Positions 62,232 through 64,000 of a stretch of 64,000 bases of DNA are shown in pieces (position 1 is the stretch's first letter; the number at the start of each line of letters is the position of its first letter). A program made the translations under genes and the position numbers. The notes under the pieces are model-generated. The model ran no database searches, was not told the DNA's origin, and saw only the letters and a list, made by a program, of their open reading frames with translations. Source of the DNA: an uncultured archaeon (lineage in GTDB: Archaea > Asgardarchaeota > Lokiarchaeia > Sigyniarchaeales > SOKP01); assembly GCA_964508365.1 (NCBI GenBank), contig CAZDTP010000001.1:99700-163699 (forward strand). The letters are read 5' to 3'.

Positions 62232-63659
62232 ATGTCAATTATTGAAAAAAGTGAAGAAAAGCAGACTTTTGGAGTAATAGTAGGAAATAGAGATGTCTTC
62301 CCAGATCACCTCGCTAAAGAAGGACGATTAGAAATTCTAAGCGTGCTGAAAGAATTAGGGTATAGATCAGTCATTTTAAGTGAAGAGGACACAAAGGATG
62401 GGGTAGTTGAAACGTACGCTGATGCAAAAAAATGTGCTGAACTTTTCAAAAAAAATCGGGATGATATAATAGGTATTATTATAGTTTTACCTAATTTCGG
62501 GGATGAAAAAGGTATAGTTAATACGTTAAAGTTATCGGAAGTAAATGTTCCAATTTTAATCCAAGCATCTTCAGATGAAATTGGAAAAATGGACCGCAAA
62601 TATAGGAGAGACGCTTTTTGTGGAAAAATTTCTGTTTGCAGCGTACTTTATCAGCATGGCATTCCATTTACGCTAACTACGACACACACAACTCCAATAA
62701 CATCTAATGATTTCAAATTAGATATCGTGAGATTTGAAAGCATATGTAAGATTGTGAAGAAGTTGAAAAACGCAAGGTTTGGGCAAATAGGAACAAGACC
62801 AAACGCTTTTGAAACAGTGAGATACAGTGAAAAAATATTGGAGTTCCATGGTATTACAATAGAACCAATTGATTTATCAGAAATTTTTGGAGAAATTAGT
62901 AGATTACCAGATGGAGATCCTAAAGTAAAGGAAAAAATTCAATTCATAAAGAACTATACTTCAACTACATCATTTCCAGAAGAAGGATTATTAAAGTTAG
63001 CTAAGCTAGCCGTTGTAGTAGAGAAGTGGGTAATAGAAAATGAATTGGATGGTTTTGCGTTTCAGTGCTGGCCGTCGATCCAAGATAATTTTGGAATTGT
63101 ACCCTGTGCAATCATGAGCATGTTTAGTGAGGGGTTAGTACCAGCGGCTTGTGAAGTAGATATTTCAGGTTTAATTGGTATGTATATTTTACAAGTAGCA
63201 TCCGGAACGCCCTCTGCCATTTTAGATTGGAATAATAATTATGGTGACGACCCCAACAAGATGGTTCTTTTTCACTGTAGTAATCTTCCAAAATCATTCT
63301 TTAAAGATACTAGGATGACAATTCACCCTATTATCTCGGATCTCAAAGGTGGCGATCTTAGCTTTGGAGCTATTCAAGGTAGAATTAAAACTGAGCCTTG
63401 TACATTATTAAGGATCGAAACAGACGATCTCTACGGAGAAATTAAGGTATTATTAGTAGAGGGTAAATATACAGATGATCCTTTAGAAACCTTTGGAGGT
63501 TTTGGTGTAATTGAAATTCCTAATTTGCAAGATATTCTGAAAGTATTATGTAAGGAAGGTTTTGCTCACCATGTAGCCGCGTCATTAAATAGTGTGGCAG
63601 ATATCATATCTGAAGCTCTTTCGAACTATTTAGGGTGGAATTTAATTTACCCAAAATGA
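62232..63659 (+). CDS. L-fucose/L-arabinose isomerase-family protein
   Basis: NFGDE, RRDAFCGK, QCW, CEVD, DWNN, HCSN and HHV motifs. Confidence 0.85.
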   Translation: MSIIEKSEEKQTFGVIVGNRDVFPDHLAKEGRLEILSVLKELGYRSVILSEEDTKDGVVETYADAKKCAELFKKNRDDIIGIIIVLPNFGDEKGIVNTLKLSEVNVPILIQASSDEIGKMDRKYRRDAFCGKISVCSVLYQHGIPFTLTTTHTTPITSNDFKLDIVRFESICKIVKKLKNARFGQIGTRPNAFETVRYSEKILEFHGITIEPIDLSEIFGEISRLPDGDPKVKEKIQFIKNYTSTTSFPEEGLLKLAKLAVVVEKWVIENELDGFAFQCWPSIQDNFGIVPCAIMSMFSEGLVPAACEVDISGLIGMYILQVASGTPSAILDWNNNYGDDPNKMVLFHCSNLPKSFFKDTRMTIHPIISDLKGGDLSFGAIQGRIKTEPCTLLRIETDDLYGEIKVLLVEGKYTDDPLETFGGFGVIEIPNLQDILKVLCKEGFAHHVAASLNSVADIISEALSNYLGWNLIYPK

Positions 63660-63857
63660 ATTTCATTACTTTTTTTTTATCCTCAATTCTTTTTCAAAAA
63701 AACCAGAATTAATTATATCCTTTTTTTCTTCATCAAGATGGGCATAAAATTCAATAGAGTCTCGTGGTTCATTTTTTCTAAAGTTCATTAGTCTTTTTCG
63801 GGTCAAGTAGATTGAACACTCAAACATGTCGCATTCTATCCATCTTCTGTTTAATTT

Positions 63858-64000
63858 AATTTACAAGATGTTTTAAGGACATTATGTAAGGAAGGTTTTG
63901 CCCATCATGTAGCGGTTTCATCGAATAAAGTTGGAGATATTGTACTTGAAGCTCTTTCAAACCATATGGGATATAACATTGTCTATCCTAATAAATCAAT
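63858..64000 (+). pseudogene. Orphan duplicate of the C-terminal ~46 codons of the isomerase gene
   Basis: NLQDVLRTLCKEGFAHHVAVSSNKVGDIVLEALSNHMGYNIVYP versus NLQDILKVLCKEGFAHHVAASLNSVADIISEALSNYLGWNLIYP (63522-63659); no upstream coding frame. Confidence 0.8.

Noticed and set aside
63700-63850. Short minus-strand frame MFECSIYLTRKRLMNFRKNEPRDSIEFYAHLDEEKKGYN
   Set aside because: About 39 aa with no motif or clear ribosome-binding site; at most an unidentifiable remnant

Overview
AT-rich (roughly 30% GC by eye) archaeal chromosomal segment, most consistent with an Asgard archaeon of the Lokiarchaeia type. Support: archaeal proteasome beta subunit, aCPSF1/FttA, a diphthamide-less EF-2 paralogue, archaeal-type tRNAs, geranylgeranyl reductases and ITPK1-like ATP-grasp genes. 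Main blocks: (i) 1.5-23.1 kb, a 13-gene glycan-utilisation locus (GH20, GH78, GH2, GH4, a GH109-like protein, sulfatase, deacetylase, sugar symporter) with a bacterial-type phosphorylative L-rhamnose route (rhaB, rhaA, class II aldolase) and a tungsten-type aldehyde:ferredoxin oxidoreductase embedded in the same operon; (ii) 27.8-34.6 kb, myo-inositol-1-phosphate synthase surrounded by four ATP-grasp genes, three with the ITPK1-type D-x-N signature, i.e. a candidate lipid-independent inositol-polyphosphate locus; (iii) several eukaryote-like proteins: a stand-alone IFT52-like GIFT domain, a Par14-like parvulin and a 790-aa Zn-finger/tandem winged-helix/coat-appendage-like protein; (iv) housekeeping genes, tRNA-Gly(CCC), tRNA-Gln(CTG), several pseudogenes or duplicated fragments, and two unexplained inverted-repeat-bounded intergenic elements. 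No CRISPR array, transposase or integrase was seen. All family calls come from motif recognition by eye; no database search was run.
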